From Bacteriovorax stolpii (lineage in GTDB: Bacteria > Bdellovibrionota > UBA1018), in NCBI GenBank assembly GCA_945860415.1, contig CAMAQA010000002.1, positions 10,193 through 74,192 of the forward strand: a stretch of DNA of 64,000 bases. The letters run 5' to 3'. The notes under the pieces are model-generated. The model was not told the origin of the DNA. It searched no databases and saw only the letters and a program-made list of their open reading frames with translations. The translations under genes and the position numbers were made by a program. This document shows positions 1 through 9,949 of the stretch, piece by piece (position 1 is the first letter of the stretch; each line of letters opens with the position of its first letter).

Positions 1-2
1 CG

Positions 3-560
3 CGCTCGCTGCTCGGACTGCTCTTCGGGGCGAGCCAGGGTCATGGACTGCGGCCAGCGCCGTTTGAGACTTCGGATGCATTCCTGCGTCTCACCGCACG
101 CATCTGGTCTCCTGAAGCCACGATCGAGCCTTTCTTCGTCTCCGCATTCGTGACCGAGCTTTGCGGGCCTCTTCCTGCAGAGTCGGCCATACAGGCTCGA
201 GAAGCCAGCCAGGAGGGCTATGAGCAGGCCGTGCTGAAGGCGGCCTGGGCTGTATGGCAGGCGCTGCATCTCGACTTTCTTGACGGTGTCTGGATTCGAG
301 GCCTTCGCGACTGCGTTTTTGAAGCTGCTGCAACGGGTGGCCGGGCTTCGTATCGAGGCGCGGATCCGAGCTGGCTCCAATCCGTTTTGGATCAACGAAT
401 TCCACAGCGAGGAATGCACCTGTCAGAGCTGAGCGGCGGAGTGGTCCGTCGCAAGCTGGAGTCGCGATCCCTGCGTCTGCTGGATCAGCTGGTGTCCGAG
501 AACCAGGAAGCTCCTTCGGTGATCGGCGAAAACGGCCTGATGGAGGACCTGGCGGCATGA
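3..560 (+). CDS. hypothetical protein, 5' end outside window
   Basis: The reading frame is open from the window edge (no stop between nt 3 and 560). Its stop overlaps the next start (ATGA at 557-560). No recognisable motif. Confidence 0.35.
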   Translation, partial: RSLLGLLFGASQGHGLRPAPFETSDAFLRLTARIWSPEATIEPFFVSAFVTELCGPLPAESAIQAREASQEGYEQAVLKAAWAVWQALHLDFLDGVWIRGLRDCVFEAAATGGRASYRGADPSWLQSVLDQRIPQRGMHLSELSGGVVRRKLESRSLRLLDQLVSENQEAPSVIGENGLMEDLAA

Positions 561-2344
561 ATCGGCAGCCTCCAGCCTCCATTCGTTCCGTGGAATCGTT
601 CGGGGTTTCGGGCCTGCTCGCTTCTGATGCGAAGGTTTTTCATGAGGTGTTCTACGATGCGGGTGGACTGGGCCGTGCCGCGGACCTGGTGGCGGCTCGT
701 CTCCGGGATTCCGGACCGGATGAGTTCTCACTTCATGCGCTCGTGCTTTTCGGCGTTCTCGGAGCAAGTCGAGTCTTTGAAACCCTGTCGCCGATCCAAT
801 TTGAATGCGGGATGGATGGGATGCACTTCGCTCTTTCCTTCTGCTTTGAGCTACCGGAAGGCACGGGGATGGCTTGGGATGGACTTTCCGGCAGGGTGAT
901 GTCGGGAGTGGCGGTCTCGCCTCTCGATGAGCTTCTGCTGGCCTTCTGCAGGAATGCCGACCATGTGATCCTCAAAGGGCAGCCTGCGCTCCATCGGGTC
1001 GAGATTTGCGCGCTGGTGCGGTGGGGGCGTCGGCAGGCCCGCGAGCCTGCTCCGCTGGAAGTGGTGATCCTGGCCGGTGAGCCTGCAGCGTCTCCCGAAG
1101 CAGCCGAATACACGGCCCTCGGTGACCTGGATTATTCCCAGCTACTGAAACGTTCCTCCGAGTCCGGAGCCGAATCACCGGTGACGGGCGAGGTGCTGGT
1201 GCATCAGGCCCGGACCGCAGAAGAGCTGGTCCGGCGCATCCGAGGGCGTCAGATGGCGCTGGAGGAGTCTTCGGAGGTCCGCATTGCCGGCTCTCCATTG
1301 GCCGTCTCCGACGAAACAGCGGTCACCGTGAGTGGCTCGGACTCGGAACAGCCTTCCGTCGACGAGCTGGTTACCGCCACTTCACCCGTGGAAAACCGCA
1401 AACGAGGGCTTTTTTCGAAGCTCCTGAAGTGGGTTTCTCCGGCATCGGATTCGGCATCGGATTTGGCATCGACGCAGGAGAAGGATGAGCCCACGGCCGC
1501 AGGCGTGGGGGCAGCTGCTCAGGAGGCCGGGGAGCACGAGCGTTCTTCAGTGGTTGCCGAGATTTCGACCGCCGCCCGCGAGCTTGAGAAGGATCTGGGT
1601 GAAGGTGCGCTCGGGCGTGCGATGCGTGAGGTGGCGGGCATCAAATCCGAGGCGAAGAATCCCCGCGTAGAGCGGTGGATTGAAGGGATGATGGCGGAAC
1701 TGAGCGCCGAGCGGAGTCGGATCATCGAGGCCTCACGCCGGCTTTCCAACTCTGTTCGCGTGAAGGAACTCGAGTTCAAGAATCGTGAAAATTCCCTGCA
1801 GCAGAGCATCCGCGAGCGAGATGAAGCCATCCGGGTGAAGACTCTGGGCATGATGCGGATGAAGGAGCAGGTTGCCAAGCTGCAGATCTCGCTGGAGAGG
1901 GCAAAGCTCGGCACAGGCTCCGGTGATGAAACCGCCATGAAATACAAATACAATCAGGCCCAAAAGCTCCTGCAGACTGTTCGAAGCGAGTCGGAGTCAT
2001 TGAAGTTCCGGGTCGAGGAGCTGCAGTCGAAGCTGGCGCAGGCACTGGACCAGCGCAAGCAATCAGTTCCGCTGGCCCAGCACGCGGAACTCGAGCGGCA
2101 GGTCGAGAGGCAGGCGCGCCAGATCGAAGAGCTGAAACGGCAGAAGTCTTCATCGCCACCGGAGGAGGTCCGGAAGAACCTCGAGATCGCCCAGCGTGTA
2201 GCCATGCACCAGAGACAGAAGAGCGAGCAGCTCGAACTGGTGCTGCAGGAGCAAAAGATCGAGGTCGAGCGACTGAAGCAGGAACTGGGGCGTCTCCAGT
2301 CAGGCTCAGGAACGGGCCAGGGCTCCGGCAGCAGTGCCGCCTGA
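557..2344 (+). CDS. large coiled-coil protein, function unknown
   Basis: 595-aa ORF. The C-terminal half is rich in heptad-like E/K/R/Q/L stretches (…ELEFKNRENSLQQSIRERDEAIR…, …LKQELGRLQ…). ATG start coupled to the upstream ORF. Confidence 0.6.
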   Translation: MNRQPPASIRSVESFGVSGLLASDAKVFHEVFYDAGGLGRAADLVAARLRDSGPDEFSLHALVLFGVLGASRVFETLSPIQFECGMDGMHFALSFCFELPEGTGMAWDGLSGRVMSGVAVSPLDELLLAFCRNADHVILKGQPALHRVEICALVRWGRRQAREPAPLEVVILAGEPAASPEAAEYTALGDLDYSQLLKRSSESGAESPVTGEVLVHQARTAEELVRRIRGRQMALEESSEVRIAGSPLAVSDETAVTVSGSDSEQPSVDELVTATSPVENRKRGLFSKLLKWVSPASDSASDLASTQEKDEPTAAGVGAAAQEAGEHERSSVVAEISTAARELEKDLGEGALGRAMREVAGIKSEAKNPRVERWIEGMMAELSAERSRIIEASRRLSNSVRVKELEFKNRENSLQQSIRERDEAIRVKTLGMMRMKEQVAKLQISLERAKLGTGSGDETAMKYKYNQAQKLLQTVRSESESLKFRVEELQSKLAQALDQRKQSVPLAQHAELERQVERQARQIEELKRQKSSSPPEEVRKNLEIAQRVAMHQRQKSEQLELVLQEQKIEVERLKQELGRLQSGSGTGQGSGSSAA

Positions 2345-2401
2345 GCAGTTTGGGCTGGAGTGACCGGCTGCCTGTGCTAAACCTTGGAGCAGGTCACACG
2401 C

Positions 2402-2486
2402 GCTCTCGTGGTGGAATTGGTAGACACGCTGGTCTTAGGAACCAGTGCCGCAAGGCGTGACAGTTCGAGTCTGTCCGAGAGCACCA
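2402..2486 (+). tRNA. tRNA-Leu (anticodon TAG), CCA encoded
   Basis: Hand-folded. Acceptor stem GCTCTCG/CGAGAGC, anticodon loop CT-TAG-GA, long variable arm, T-arm GTTCGAGTC, 3' ACCA. Confidence 0.9.
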
Positions 2487-2507
2487 ATCTTGCTTGAGCA
2501 AGCCGGC

Positions 2508-3323
2508 ATGCAGGACATTCTTTCACCGCTCGGCCTCAATCACATTCGCAGCTTCTTCTCGCATCGTCCCCTGGTGGTCTTCGATTTTGACGGTACCCTG
2601 GCGTCGATCTCCTCCAATCGCGATGAGGTGCACGCGTCGGATCTGACGCGCGCTCTCGTGGGACGCCTCAGCCAATGGATTCCGGTGGGTGTGGTCTCCG
2701 GGAGGCGTCTATCAGATCTGACGGAGAGATTTCGCGGGATGGATCGGGTGATCCTTGCGGGAAATCACGGTGGAGAGAGTCCGGATGACTCCGACGACTC
2801 CTATCGTCAGCGCGCGGTTCTTGCCGCTGAGGATGTGAAGCAGTTTTTGGGCGAGTTGTCGAAGATCGAGCTGCTCCAGGCCATGCCGGCTCACGTCATT
2901 GAGAACAAGCGGCTTTCTCTGACTTTTCATTGGCGAGGAGTGGATCCTGAGCTCGTTCGAAAATGGGGGCAGGAGGTGAGGCGCATCGCCGCAGAGAGCG
3001 GAAATTTCAGGATGATTCCGGGCATCCAAAGCCTGAGTGTCATTCCTCGCCATCTTTCGGATAAGGGCGACGCAGTTCTCGGGCTTCGGGATGCGGCCCG
3101 CCGAACGCATCTGGTGTACCTCGGAGACGAGGAGACTGACGAGGATGTCTTTCGCAAGGCGGCAGGAGAGGCATTTCTGGGCATTCGCGTGGGTGAAAGC
3201 GGGAGTTCTGCGGCCGATTGGTACGTTTCCAGCCAGTCTGAGGTGGACCGGGTCATCGAGGTTTTCCTCGCCCTAGTCGCAGGACCCACAGCCTCCGCCG
3301 TGTCCATGTCCCGACCCGCCTGA
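2508..3323 (+). CDS. otsB: trehalose-6-phosphate phosphatase-like HAD-IIB hydrolase
   Basis: Motifs VVFDFDGTLA, SGR, AGNHG, KGDA and YLGDEETDEDVF match the OtsB/HAD-IIB pattern. The start is set at ATG 2508 because the track start at 2445 overlaps the tRNA-Leu. Confidence 0.7.
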   Translation: MQDILSPLGLNHIRSFFSHRPLVVFDFDGTLASISSNRDEVHASDLTRALVGRLSQWIPVGVVSGRRLSDLTERFRGMDRVILAGNHGGESPDDSDDSYRQRAVLAAEDVKQFLGELSKIELLQAMPAHVIENKRLSLTFHWRGVDPELVRKWGQEVRRIAAESGNFRMIPGIQSLSVIPRHLSDKGDAVLGLRDAARRTHLVYLGDEETDEDVFRKAAGEAFLGIRVGESGSSAADWYVSSQSEVDRVIEVFLALVAGPTASAVSMSRPA

Positions 3324-3521
3324 ATCCCAGGTGCCATGGCAGCCATGAAGGGTGCTTTCGCGGAGGTCGCCCTGGCCTCCCACTGCAAAACGCGACACCT
3401 GCTTGTTGCACGATTCCTTTCCGCATTTCGGACAGGGCGGAGCGGAGGAGAGGTGGCTCGATACTCTCTCCTCGAAGCGGTGTTTGCACGACTCGCAGGC
3501 GTATTCGTAGACCGGTGCCAT
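3273..3521 (-). CDS. FmdB-family zinc-ribbon protein
   Basis: MAPVYEYACESCKHRFE…CPKCG is the CxxC…CxxC FmdB/CxxC_CxxC_SSSS N-terminus. Gly/His-rich tail. Confidence 0.75.
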   Translation of the reverse strand: MAPVYEYACESCKHRFEERVSSHLSSAPPCPKCGKESCNKQVSRFAVGGQGDLRESTLHGCHGTWDSGGSGHGHGGGCGSCD

Positions 3522-3582
3522 GCCTTCAGTTTAGCACGCTCTGGAACAAGGTGTCGGACCTGTGCTACCCCTGTCTTCAGGT

Positions 3583-3659
3583 GACTCCGTAGCTCAGTTG
3601 GATAGAGCACGTGCCTTCTAAGCATGAGGTCGCAGGTTCGATTCCTGCCGGAGTCGCCA
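3583..3659 (+). tRNA. tRNA-Arg (anticodon TCT), CCA encoded
   Basis: Hand-folded. Acceptor stem GACTCCG/CGGAGTC, D-loop AGCTCAGTTGGATAGAGC, anticodon loop CT-TCT-AA, T-arm GGTTCGATTCC. Confidence 0.9.
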
Positions 3660-3689
3660 TTTTGACGCCCCTTCTTCCCGGGATCCTTC

Positions 3690-4418
3690 GTGAGCCGCTT
3701 GATCGACAAACTCCAGAGCCGTTGTCCGCGCTGCCGACTACGGCCCACGCTGTGCCTGTGTTCTGAATTTCCTCAGTTCTCCGGCCTCAAAACGGAACTT
3801 CGGCTCCTCATCCATCGCTACGAGGGTAATACGACGACCAACACGGGGCTGCTTGCCTGTGAGCTGATTCCGGGTTCGAGGGTCTTGTGGCGCGGCTGGA
3901 AGCCCGAAGAGGCGGGGGCGTTTGCCCCGGGGCGCGAGGAACCGTGGTTGTCGCCTGCGGAACTGTTCACGGAAAAAAGAACGCCGCTGCTGCTTTTTCC
4001 TGAGCCCGAAGCGCAGGTGGTGGATTCGTCCTGGCTGGAGCGCCGCCTCTCCGTTGATTCCCAGGAAAGATTCACGCTGCTGGTCCCGGACGGCAGCTGG
4101 CGACAGGCCAGGCGCGTGGGACGACGAGAGCCCGCGCTGAAGAACGTGATTCGCGTGACTCTGCCGCCTGGTCCCCCGTCCGAATACCGCCTTCGTCGCG
4201 AGCCGCACCCGGAGTTTGTCTGTACCTTCGAGGCTGTGGCGCGGATCCTGGGCGTGATCGAGGGTCCGACGGTACAGCAGGAACTCGAGCTGCTCTTTCG
4301 CAAGTTCGTGGGCCGACAGCTCTGGTCGCGTGGAGATCTCCTGGCCAGTGAGGTCGTTGGAGGCATTCCTGAAGCCGCCATTCAGGAGCGTCAGCTGAGC
4401 GGATTTCCGAAGGTCTAG
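3690..4418 (+). CDS. DTW-domain protein (tRNA acp3U-transferase family)
   Basis: N-terminal CPRC…CLC cysteine cluster and the DGSWRQA (DTW-type) motif. GTG start. Confidence 0.7.
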   Translation: MSRLIDKLQSRCPRCRLRPTLCLCSEFPQFSGLKTELRLLIHRYEGNTTTNTGLLACELIPGSRVLWRGWKPEEAGAFAPGREEPWLSPAELFTEKRTPLLLFPEPEAQVVDSSWLERRLSVDSQERFTLLVPDGSWRQARRVGRREPALKNVIRVTLPPGPPSEYRLRREPHPEFVCTFEAVARILGVIEGPTVQQELELLFRKFVGRQLWSRGDLLASEVVGGIPEAAIQERQLSGFPKV

Positions 4419-5638
4419 TGCACCAGCTCCAGCCGGACCACTTTCTTTTCGAGCTCTTCGATGATCGTCCTGCTGTGTTCTGGTCCGCGCGTTTCCAGCG
4501 TGAGCGCGACTTCGGTCTCGTCGATCCGGGTCGACGGCTCATCACGATCATGGATCGCCTGGAGAATGTTCGCACCCTGCAGGGCGAGGAGCTGAGTTAG
4601 CCGCGCGAGGCTGCCGGGACGATCCGAGATCACGACGTTCATCCTCAGTCGGCGTCCTTTTAGGATCATGCCCCGGTCGATGATCCGCGAGAGCACGTTC
4701 ACATCGATGTTTCCGCCGCTGATGATCAGGACAACTTTCTTTCCTCGGATTTCATTACGAAGCTGTTCCAGCGCTCCGAGTGCGATCGCCCCGGAACCTT
4801 CGGCCACAGTCTTCGCCTTTTCCAGAAGAGTCAGAATCGCGGCGGCCGTGGTCTCGTCATCGACTTCCACGAGCCTGCTGACGCGCGCGCTGATCAGGTC
4901 GCGCATGGTTTCGCTCGCCGTGCCCACCGCGATGCCGTCGGCGAAGGTGTTGACCGGTCCTGCAGACTGGACATGTCCTGCACGGATGGAGCGAACCAGC
5001 GAGGGCGCACCGGTCGCCTGGACTCCGATGAGCTGCGCCCCGGGCTTGAGCTTTTCGAACACGATCGACACTCCAGCCATGAGCCCGCCACCGCCCATCG
5101 AACTCACGACCACATCGGTTTCCGGAAGTTGCTCGAGAATTTCGAGTCCGGTCACGCCCTGTCCCGCGATCACCATCGGGTCTTCGAATGCGGGAATGTA
5201 GACGCGCCCTTCCTGTGCCACGAGCGACTGCGCGTGGGCGTAGGCCTCGTCGTAGTTTTCGCCTGCGAGGATGACTTCCGCGCCGAGCGCTTGCGTGTTC
5301 TGGATCTTCACGAGCGGAGCGGTTTTCGGCATCACGATCTTGGCCGAGACTCCGAGGAGTTTGGAACCCCAGGCAACCCCCTGCGCGTGATTTCCGGCGC
5401 TGGCGGCGATGACTCCGCGAGAGCGCTCTTCGGCCGTGAGCTGCGAGACGCGATAGGTCGCGCCGCGGATCTTGAAGGAGCCGATCGGCTGCATGTTTTC
5501 GAGCTTGAGGTAGATCTCGCAGCCAAACGTCTCGGAGAGCCAGGTATTATGGAGCAAGGGCGAAGGTTCGATGTGCTGCGAGAGCACTGCCTGCGCCTTT
5601 CGGATATCCTCGAAAGAGACGTCAAATTTGCGGCTCAT
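4415..5638 (-). CDS. ilvA: threonine ammonia-lyase (short form with one ACT-like domain)
   Basis: PLP-lysine motif SFKIRGA, the glycine loop GGGGL, and a C-terminal regulatory ACT-like domain. Confidence 0.85.
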   Translation of the reverse strand: MSRKFDVSFEDIRKAQAVLSQHIEPSPLLHNTWLSETFGCEIYLKLENMQPIGSFKIRGATYRVSQLTAEERSRGVIAASAGNHAQGVAWGSKLLGVSAKIVMPKTAPLVKIQNTQALGAEVILAGENYDEAYAHAQSLVAQEGRVYIPAFEDPMVIAGQGVTGLEILEQLPETDVVVSSMGGGGLMAGVSIVFEKLKPGAQLIGVQATGAPSLVRSIRAGHVQSAGPVNTFADGIAVGTASETMRDLISARVSRLVEVDDETTAAAILTLLEKAKTVAEGSGAIALGALEQLRNEIRGKKVVLIISGGNIDVNVLSRIIDRGMILKGRRLRMNVVISDRPGSLARLTQLLALQGANILQAIHDRDEPSTRIDETEVALTLETRGPEHSRTIIEELEKKVVRLELVH

Positions 5639-5661
5639 AAGAGCCTCGATACTACCCCCAA

Positions 5662-6654
5662 TCAGCCGGCGAGGGCACGGGGTTTTTCTTCCGCGATTTT
5701 CGGGTTACCTGGCTGGATCACCCAGACGGGGCACGTCGCGCCCCGGATCACCTGGCGGGTGATGCTGCCCAAGAGGGCGGACGAGACTGGGCCGCTTCGA
5801 GAAGCCATGGTAACGAGGCCGATCTTCTCGCGCTCGATCAGTTCGAGCACGTGGTCGGAAATGCTGCCCATGGTTTCATCCATGATGAACTCGCATTCGA
5901 TGCCCTGGTTTCGCGCCCAGCGGGCCCAGCCGTTTCCACGGCGGTAGCGCTCCTGGACTTCGTCATTGAAGTAATTGCGGGCGGGAATCCAGGCGCCGGT
6001 GAACAGGTACGCTCCCGACTGGAAGATCGGCTCCACGAGGTTCGGTACCGAGTGGTAAAGCCATACCTTCGAACGAAGTTCACGCGCGAAGTCGATTACT
6101 CGACGAAACACCTGCTTCGAACCGCGCGCGAAGTCCGTGGCAAAGAGGATTCGATCGAGGCCACGAACCTCCTCCACGCCAGGGCCGATGGCGAGTGTCG
6201 GAACCTGAGCCCTCAAGAGGAGTGTCTCGGCAAAACTGCCGAGAAGAAATCGGGCGGCACCGTGCCTGCCGTGCGTAGGAGTGGCTACCAGCTGGGCGCT
6301 GCGAGATTTGGCGTAACTTTCGAGAGCTTCCACGGATGACCGGACCCGCGATCGACGTTCCATCAGGACGACGGGGTGCATCAGCGCACGGGCAAGTGCC
6401 GGTCGTCGCAGGGAATGCCGATCGACGATCTGGGCAAGCGCCTTCTCTGCGGCGATCCGATGCTGGGGCTCCATTCCGGTGGGCAGGCCGCCACCCTCGG
6501 GAGTCAAGCTGAGGTCCATTTGCGATGGGCTGAGAACGTAGACCGGCTCGATCGCGATCGACATCCGCGAGGCCCAGTTTTCGAGCACGGCCGCAGAGTG
6601 ATCCATCAGGGTTCCCGGTTCACGAATGGCATCAATGGCCCAGAGCACGAGCAT
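5662..6654 (-). CDS. tandem universal stress protein (UspA family)
   Basis: Two Usp-like halves. C-terminal motif GSITRQVIRGATCPVWVI. Confidence 0.7.
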   Translation of the reverse strand: MLVLWAIDAIREPGTLMDHSAAVLENWASRMSIAIEPVYVLSPSQMDLSLTPEGGGLPTGMEPQHRIAAEKALAQIVDRHSLRRPALARALMHPVVLMERRSRVRSSVEALESYAKSRSAQLVATPTHGRHGAARFLLGSFAETLLLRAQVPTLAIGPGVEEVRGLDRILFATDFARGSKQVFRRVIDFARELRSKVWLYHSVPNLVEPIFQSGAYLFTGAWIPARNYFNDEVQERYRRGNGWARWARNQGIECEFIMDETMGSISDHVLELIEREKIGLVTMASRSGPVSSALLGSITRQVIRGATCPVWVIQPGNPKIAEEKPRALAG

Positions 6655-6749
6655 GGGCCATTGACTTGCAAAGGACGGGCGAATGCTGAGGCGGGCAGCT
6701 CATCCGGCGCGAGCCGGATCAGAAAGGCATGGCTCGCGCCACGCCCAGA

Positions 6750-7283
6750 TCAGTTCTGCTCGAGGTCGAGGTAGAAGGTTTCGCTGTCGTCATTGTACCC
6801 GAAGAGCTCGGCGTAACGACCCCAGTTCACGAGCATGAGGAAGGTCTGCTCGGCATTCTCGTTGGGAATGAGCTCTGCCAGCTTTTCGAGAACTTCGTCT
6901 CGAAGCGCCTCGTGGTCTTCGTTCTCGTTCAGGTACTGAACCAGGGTCTTGAACAGCGGAACGGTCATCAGCTGGTCATGGATGATCGACTTGCGATCAC
7001 TGATGCCGGCTTCGGAAACCCTGTTTCCGACTTCGGTCACTTCGACGTCACCTCCGGGAGTGTGGACGACGCCGAGGAGCTCGGCAGCACGGATGACGGC
7101 GAGCGTCTCTCCGAACTCCATCTGCAGTTCGCTGGCGAGCTTGTAAATGTCTTCGCGCCCGCCCTTGGAAATCAGGAGCTCGACGAGCCCCAGAATTTCA
7201 CTGATTCCGATTTGAGGAAGAGTTTCGAGAGTCTTTGTTCCGCCAGGTTTGTCCATACAGTGTCTGTTCGTTCCTTTACGCAA
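6750..7283 (-). CDS. stand-alone AAA-associated C-terminal domain protein (normally fused to NitT/TauT-type ABC ATPases)
   Basis: From memory, the sequence resembles the PF09821-type domain. It overlaps the upstream ABC ATPase stop by 8 nt. An alternative ATG at 7256 is possible. Confidence 0.5.
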   Translation of the reverse strand: MRKGTNRHCMDKPGGTKTLETLPQIGISEILGLVELLISKGGREDIYKLASELQMEFGETLAVIRAAELLGVVHTPGGDVEVTEVGNRVSEAGISDRKSIIHDQLMTVPLFKTLVQYLNENEDHEALRDEVLEKLAELIPNENAEQTFLMLVNWGRYAELFGYNDDSETFYLDLEQN

Positions 7284-8037
7284 TCAGCGAGAAGATCTTG
7301 TCGACGTACTCACTGAAAGCCTTGTCCCTTTTGCGCCGGGGTCGCGGCAGGTCGATCGTCAGGTCTCCTGCGATCTGTCCTGGCTTGCTCGAGAGAACCA
7401 ACACTCGGTCGGCCAGCTCGATGGCTTCCTCGATCAGGTGGGTGACCATCACCACTGTGTTGACCGGAAAGTCACGATCCGCCCAGATATCCAGCAGCTC
7501 GTCACGAAGGTTGATCGAGGTCAGGGCATCGAGGGAGGAAAAGGGCTCATCCATCAGGAGAATTTCAGGTTCGACTGCCAGCGCTCGAGCGAGGCCCACG
7601 CGCTGTTTCATTCCACCAGAAAGCTCTCGCGGATAGGCCTCTTCATAGCCTTCCAGGCCCACTTTGGCGATATACATTGCAGCACGTTTGCGCTGCATTG
7701 CGACATCGAGTCCTCGGGGCTCGAGGCCCAGTTCGATGTTCTCTGCCACCGTCAGCCAGGGCAGGAGTGCGAAGCTCTGGAAGACCATGGCGGCCTCCAG
7801 GTTGGTCGAAGTGAGAGGCTTTCCTTTATACAGCACGTGCCCCTCGCTCGGGCGCAGGAGTCCGTTGATGATGCGAAGAATGGTGCTTTTGCCCGCGCCG
7901 GAGGGGCCGACTATCGCGATGAATTCGCCTTCACGCGCCTTGAACGAGACGTCCTGAAGCACGGTGACATCGCCCTGGGGCAGCCGGAACCGGTGCGTGA
8001 GGTTTTCAAGTTCGAAGAGGATCTGTCCGGACGTCAT
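7276..8037 (-). CDS. ABC transporter ATP-binding protein (NitT/TauT-like)
   Basis: Walker A GPSGAGKST, signature LSGGMKQR, Walker B LLMDEPFS. Confidence 0.85.
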   Translation of the reverse strand: MTSGQILFELENLTHRFRLPQGDVTVLQDVSFKAREGEFIAIVGPSGAGKSTILRIINGLLRPSEGHVLYKGKPLTSTNLEAAMVFQSFALLPWLTVAENIELGLEPRGLDVAMQRKRAAMYIAKVGLEGYEEAYPRELSGGMKQRVGLARALAVEPEILLMDEPFSSLDALTSINLRDELLDIWADRDFPVNTVVMVTHLIEEAIELADRVLVLSSKPGQIAGDLTIDLPRPRRKRDKAFSEYVDKIFSLIA

Positions 8038-9869
8038 TATGCCTCAAACTTGTATCGATCGACCGTCGATCGGTAAATGGGTTTCCAGACAAATGCATTC
8101 ACGATCAGGATCCAGCCCACCATGGCGGCCACGCACAGGGTGATCGCCTGGTTGTCGCCAAGGTCATAGACTGCGCGGTCCAGCAGGCTGCCGAGTCCGC
8201 GTACTTGGAAGGTTTCTCCCTGCAGTTTGACGTATTCTGAGACGACCAGCGCATTCCAGCCGCCACCCCAGGCGGTGATCGCCCCCGTGACGAGAGCAGG
8301 GCTGATTGCAGGGATGACCAGCCGCTTCCAGAGCTGCACCCGAGTGAGTCCGAGCGCCTTCATGGCTTCGATGAGGTCTGCGGGGATCGTGGCGGCACCG
8401 CCCAGGCAGTTGAAAAGCGGGTACCAGAACATTCCGGTGAGCACGAGCGCGATGCTGGCCATCTCCATTCCGCCGCCGACCTTCCTCACGGCGACGAGAA
8501 CGATCAGCGGAAATAGCGCGACGGCGGGAAGGCTTGCGCCGATCTGGGCGATCGTCGTGAAGGTCTGGCGAAGGCGTGGACGGTCCCAAGACAGGAGTAC
8601 GATCGGAATCGTACCCGCAATCGAGATGGCCAGAGCGACGATGAGTCGAAGCGTGGAAGAGAGCACGGCCAGTGGAATTTCACGAACGATCGGCGGCCAT
8701 GGCGGCGAAAGCCAGCGCACCAGCAGCAGTGCCGCGACCAGTCCGAGGAGGATGCCAATTGTTCCCAGGATCAGGCTTCGTACCCACTTCGCGCCAGCCG
8801 TCAGGCGCGCGTAACGCTCGTAGCTCGGCAGAGCGACCCTTCGATACAGCGACTCACCGATCCACGAGAAGGTGGCTGCAGGAAGATCCCAGAATAGCGG
8901 CAGGAAGATCTCTCTTGTGATCCAGGAGAGGGGAAAGAGCAGCGCGCGGAGCATGAGATTCAAGGCATGGCCCGCGGGCTTCAGCTTGAACGTGAGCTCG
9001 CGCACCCACTCGGGATTTCTCAGGGCGTCTGCATCGGGAGTCGAACTCGAAGTTTCCTGTCGGAATCTCTCCGACCAGATCGAGAGCGGCCGCCAGAAGA
9101 GGAAGTCGAACGTGAGAATCAGCGCCGTCAGGGACGCGAGTCCCCAGCCGACCAGATTCATCTGATTGGCCTCTGCAGCGCGCGACAGGAAGCTTCCGAT
9201 TCCGGGGAGATTGTACTGGATCAGGCCGACCGCGATGATTTCGCAGGCAACGAGAAAGTACCAGCCGTTCGACCACGACAGGATGCTGTTGTAGACGAGG
9301 CGCGGAACGCAGGCCGGGGCGTAGAGACGCCAGAAGCGCTGCGAGCCCGTCACTCCAAAGCTCGTCACGGCATCAAAGTTGTCCTGCGGAATCGTCTTGG
9401 TGGCTTCGTAAACGGCGAAGGCCATGTTCCAGGCCTGGCTCGTGAAGATCAGGAAGATGCTGGCGAGCTCGATGCCGATTCGATGGCCCGAAGTTGCTCC
9501 GATGAAGAACGAGATCGCCGCCGGAAAGAATCCCACCTGCGGCACGGATTGCAGCGTATCAAGCAGAGGCAGGATGATGCGTTCGCCCAGCTGGCTGCGG
9601 GCTGCCGTGAGTCCGAGGACGAAGGCAAAGACGAGCGATGCAAGATAACTGACGATCACCCGGAACAGAGATAGTGTCAGCGCTCCGGGAAGGTCTCCGA
9701 GCGTCAGCTCCTCAGCCTTGAGCTGCACGAGGTGCAGGCCGCCCCGGTAGACGCCCACGGTGAGCGCGAGGAGCCCCAGGAACAGCACGAAATAGAGCGC
9801 GCTGTTTTGGGCGCGTTCTCTCACGTGGCGCGGAAGTCCGCGAACGGGGGGGCGGGGATTGAATGCCAT
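8037..9869 (-). CDS. ABC transporter permease, duplicated (two fused BPD-type transmembrane domains)
   Basis: Long polytopic ORF with two permease-like halves. The start is set at ATG 9869 (MAFNPRPP…) because the track start at 10070 overlaps the divergent gene. TAATG junction with the ATPase gene. Confidence 0.75.
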   Translation of the reverse strand: MAFNPRPPVRGLPRHVRERAQNSALYFVLFLGLLALTVGVYRGGLHLVQLKAEELTLGDLPGALTLSLFRVIVSYLASLVFAFVLGLTAARSQLGERIILPLLDTLQSVPQVGFFPAAISFFIGATSGHRIGIELASIFLIFTSQAWNMAFAVYEATKTIPQDNFDAVTSFGVTGSQRFWRLYAPACVPRLVYNSILSWSNGWYFLVACEIIAVGLIQYNLPGIGSFLSRAAEANQMNLVGWGLASLTALILTFDFLFWRPLSIWSERFRQETSSSTPDADALRNPEWVRELTFKLKPAGHALNLMLRALLFPLSWITREIFLPLFWDLPAATFSWIGESLYRRVALPSYERYARLTAGAKWVRSLILGTIGILLGLVAALLLVRWLSPPWPPIVREIPLAVLSSTLRLIVALAISIAGTIPIVLLSWDRPRLRQTFTTIAQIGASLPAVALFPLIVLVAVRKVGGGMEMASIALVLTGMFWYPLFNCLGGAATIPADLIEAMKALGLTRVQLWKRLVIPAISPALVTGAITAWGGGWNALVVSEYVKLQGETFQVRGLGSLLDRAVYDLGDNQAITLCVAAMVGWILIVNAFVWKPIYRSTVDRYKFEA

Positions 9870-9949
9870 CTCTTCGCTTATAATTCCGAGGGGGTGAATT
9901 TGGAACCCGAGCGTCAAGATTCGGGTGTTTTCTTCCGACAAGCAACTGG

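Noticed and set aside
1425-1475. Short tandem DNA repeat (GGCATCGGATT x about 3)
   Set aside because: It lies inside the coiled-coil protein ORF and encodes a low-complexity SDSASD linker. It is not a CRISPR or a regulatory repeat.
2445-2507. Upstream start for the otsB-like ORF
   Set aside because: It would overlap the tRNA-Leu gene. The ATG at 2508 precedes the conserved HAD motif I at a normal distance.
4973-5947. 324-aa plus-strand ORF
   Set aside because: Antisense to ilvA and the Usp gene, both of which have strong motif support.
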